A DNA stretch of 63,981 bases, filler included, from Cladosporium halotolerans (taxonomy: Eukaryota), in the NCBI RefSeq assembly GCF_011745625.1. It is 10 parts of 10 records of this genome, joined end to end, with 100 filler letters (N's around TTAATTAATTAA, not from the genome) between each part and the next. Parts side by side here need not be neighbours in the genome. Positions count along the whole stretch, not along the records: positions 60,293 to 63,981 come from NW_027191712.1; 9 more parts are not named here. One strand, given 5' to 3'. The notes under the pieces were generated by a model. The model was not told the origin of the DNA and searched no databases. It saw only the letters and a program-made list of their open reading frames with translations. Both the position numbers and the translations under genes were made by a program. Positions 63,230-63,981 of the stretch are shown here, one piece after another. Each line of letters starts with the position of its first letter. Position 1 is the stretch's first letter.

Positions 63230-63981
63230 ACTTGCCCGCATTTCGTATATGATCGCACCACAAATGTTTGCCACGGCCGTCCAGCACAATCAAGAAAGCG
63301 ACATGCGCACGTATTGCAGCCGCCAGCCGTATATGACGACACCGTGGCTCGCAAACTACACCGAGAGGGGACCGAGCGCAGAGTAGAAGATGGCGCGTCG
63401 CTTCCTGAGCCTTGCTGATGCAAAGTCTGTCCCTAGCATGGTCCTGCCGCAACACAGCGCAGACAAGCTGATCTTCCTGGGCGTCAACGCTTGGGCTCAC
63501 TCATGCTCTTGAACGCATGCATGCATGCATGCGTGGGCTTACCAGTGTCCAATAGAGAATGCAAAGCTCTTTACTGCAGACGAATCCAAATTGAACCGTC
63601 GAGACCATTGCACCCCACATGAGCACAAGGATGCCGCGATGGTCCAGCCGGTTGCAAAGACTGGAGACCGTCGGGCTGTGGTTCGAGAGCAAGTGGAACC
63701 TCAAACTCGATCAGCGCGAATCGGCGGAACAAACGCGAGAATCCATGCTGACGCGGCCGAGTAGGCAAAGCAGGTTGCTACACTCCAACAGTATAACAAG
63801 AGGGCAATGCGGCGTTCCGATCGTCCGTGGGCCTGATCGAGATCTCGACCCCAAAAGACGTGGAAGGAATAGAATGCAAAGCCGGAGGCGCCGACAAGGT
63901 GCGAGTAGACATTAACGGACTGATTGTGTAGGTGAAGCATGCTGGCCACCGAAGCCCAGAGCGACCCGGACGCAGGTATTC
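63230..63981 (-). pseudogene. Second copy of the PAQR/IZH-like remnant
   Basis: Paralogous to 10366-11121. Confidence 0.75.

Noticed and set aside
1..63981. One large element or gene cluster spanning the window
   Set aside because: Adjacency across spacers is artificial.

Overview
Fungal DNA (spliceosomal introns, RIP-like tracts and gene families typical of filamentous ascomycetes), not a contiguous locus. Ten contigs are joined by identical 100-bp N/TTAATTAATTAA/N spacers. Contigs 2-9 fall steadily in length from 6679 to 6426 bp, which indicates a concatenated pool of unplaced contigs, so neighbourhoods mean something only within a contig. The content is accessory and mobile: four genes or fragments of the telomere-linked-helicase (TLH)/DUF3505-type family, a DUF3723 + ferric-reductase pair typical of Starship giant transposons, a complete Fot1/pogo element, a complete hAT-type MITE with an 8-bp TSD, a second TIR family that has interrupted two genes, several LINE fragments and a diverged ~2-kb duplication. 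Accessory genes include an OTT_1508-like deaminase, a 3'-5' exonuclease, a T5orf172/GIY-YIG-like protein, F-box and Skp1-like genes, a GH18 chitinase, a FAD oxidoreductase, ComA and an ADH. The most interesting observation is that the central domain of the two TLH-type genes that include it has motifs in the order of a tyrosine-recombinase catalytic core (R..K..RH/RQ..H..Y). It is fused to a RecQ helicase in one gene and stands alone in the other. This raises the hypothesis that these genes are the integrases of a recombinase-helicase mobile element. All family assignments come from motif recognition by eye; no searches were run.
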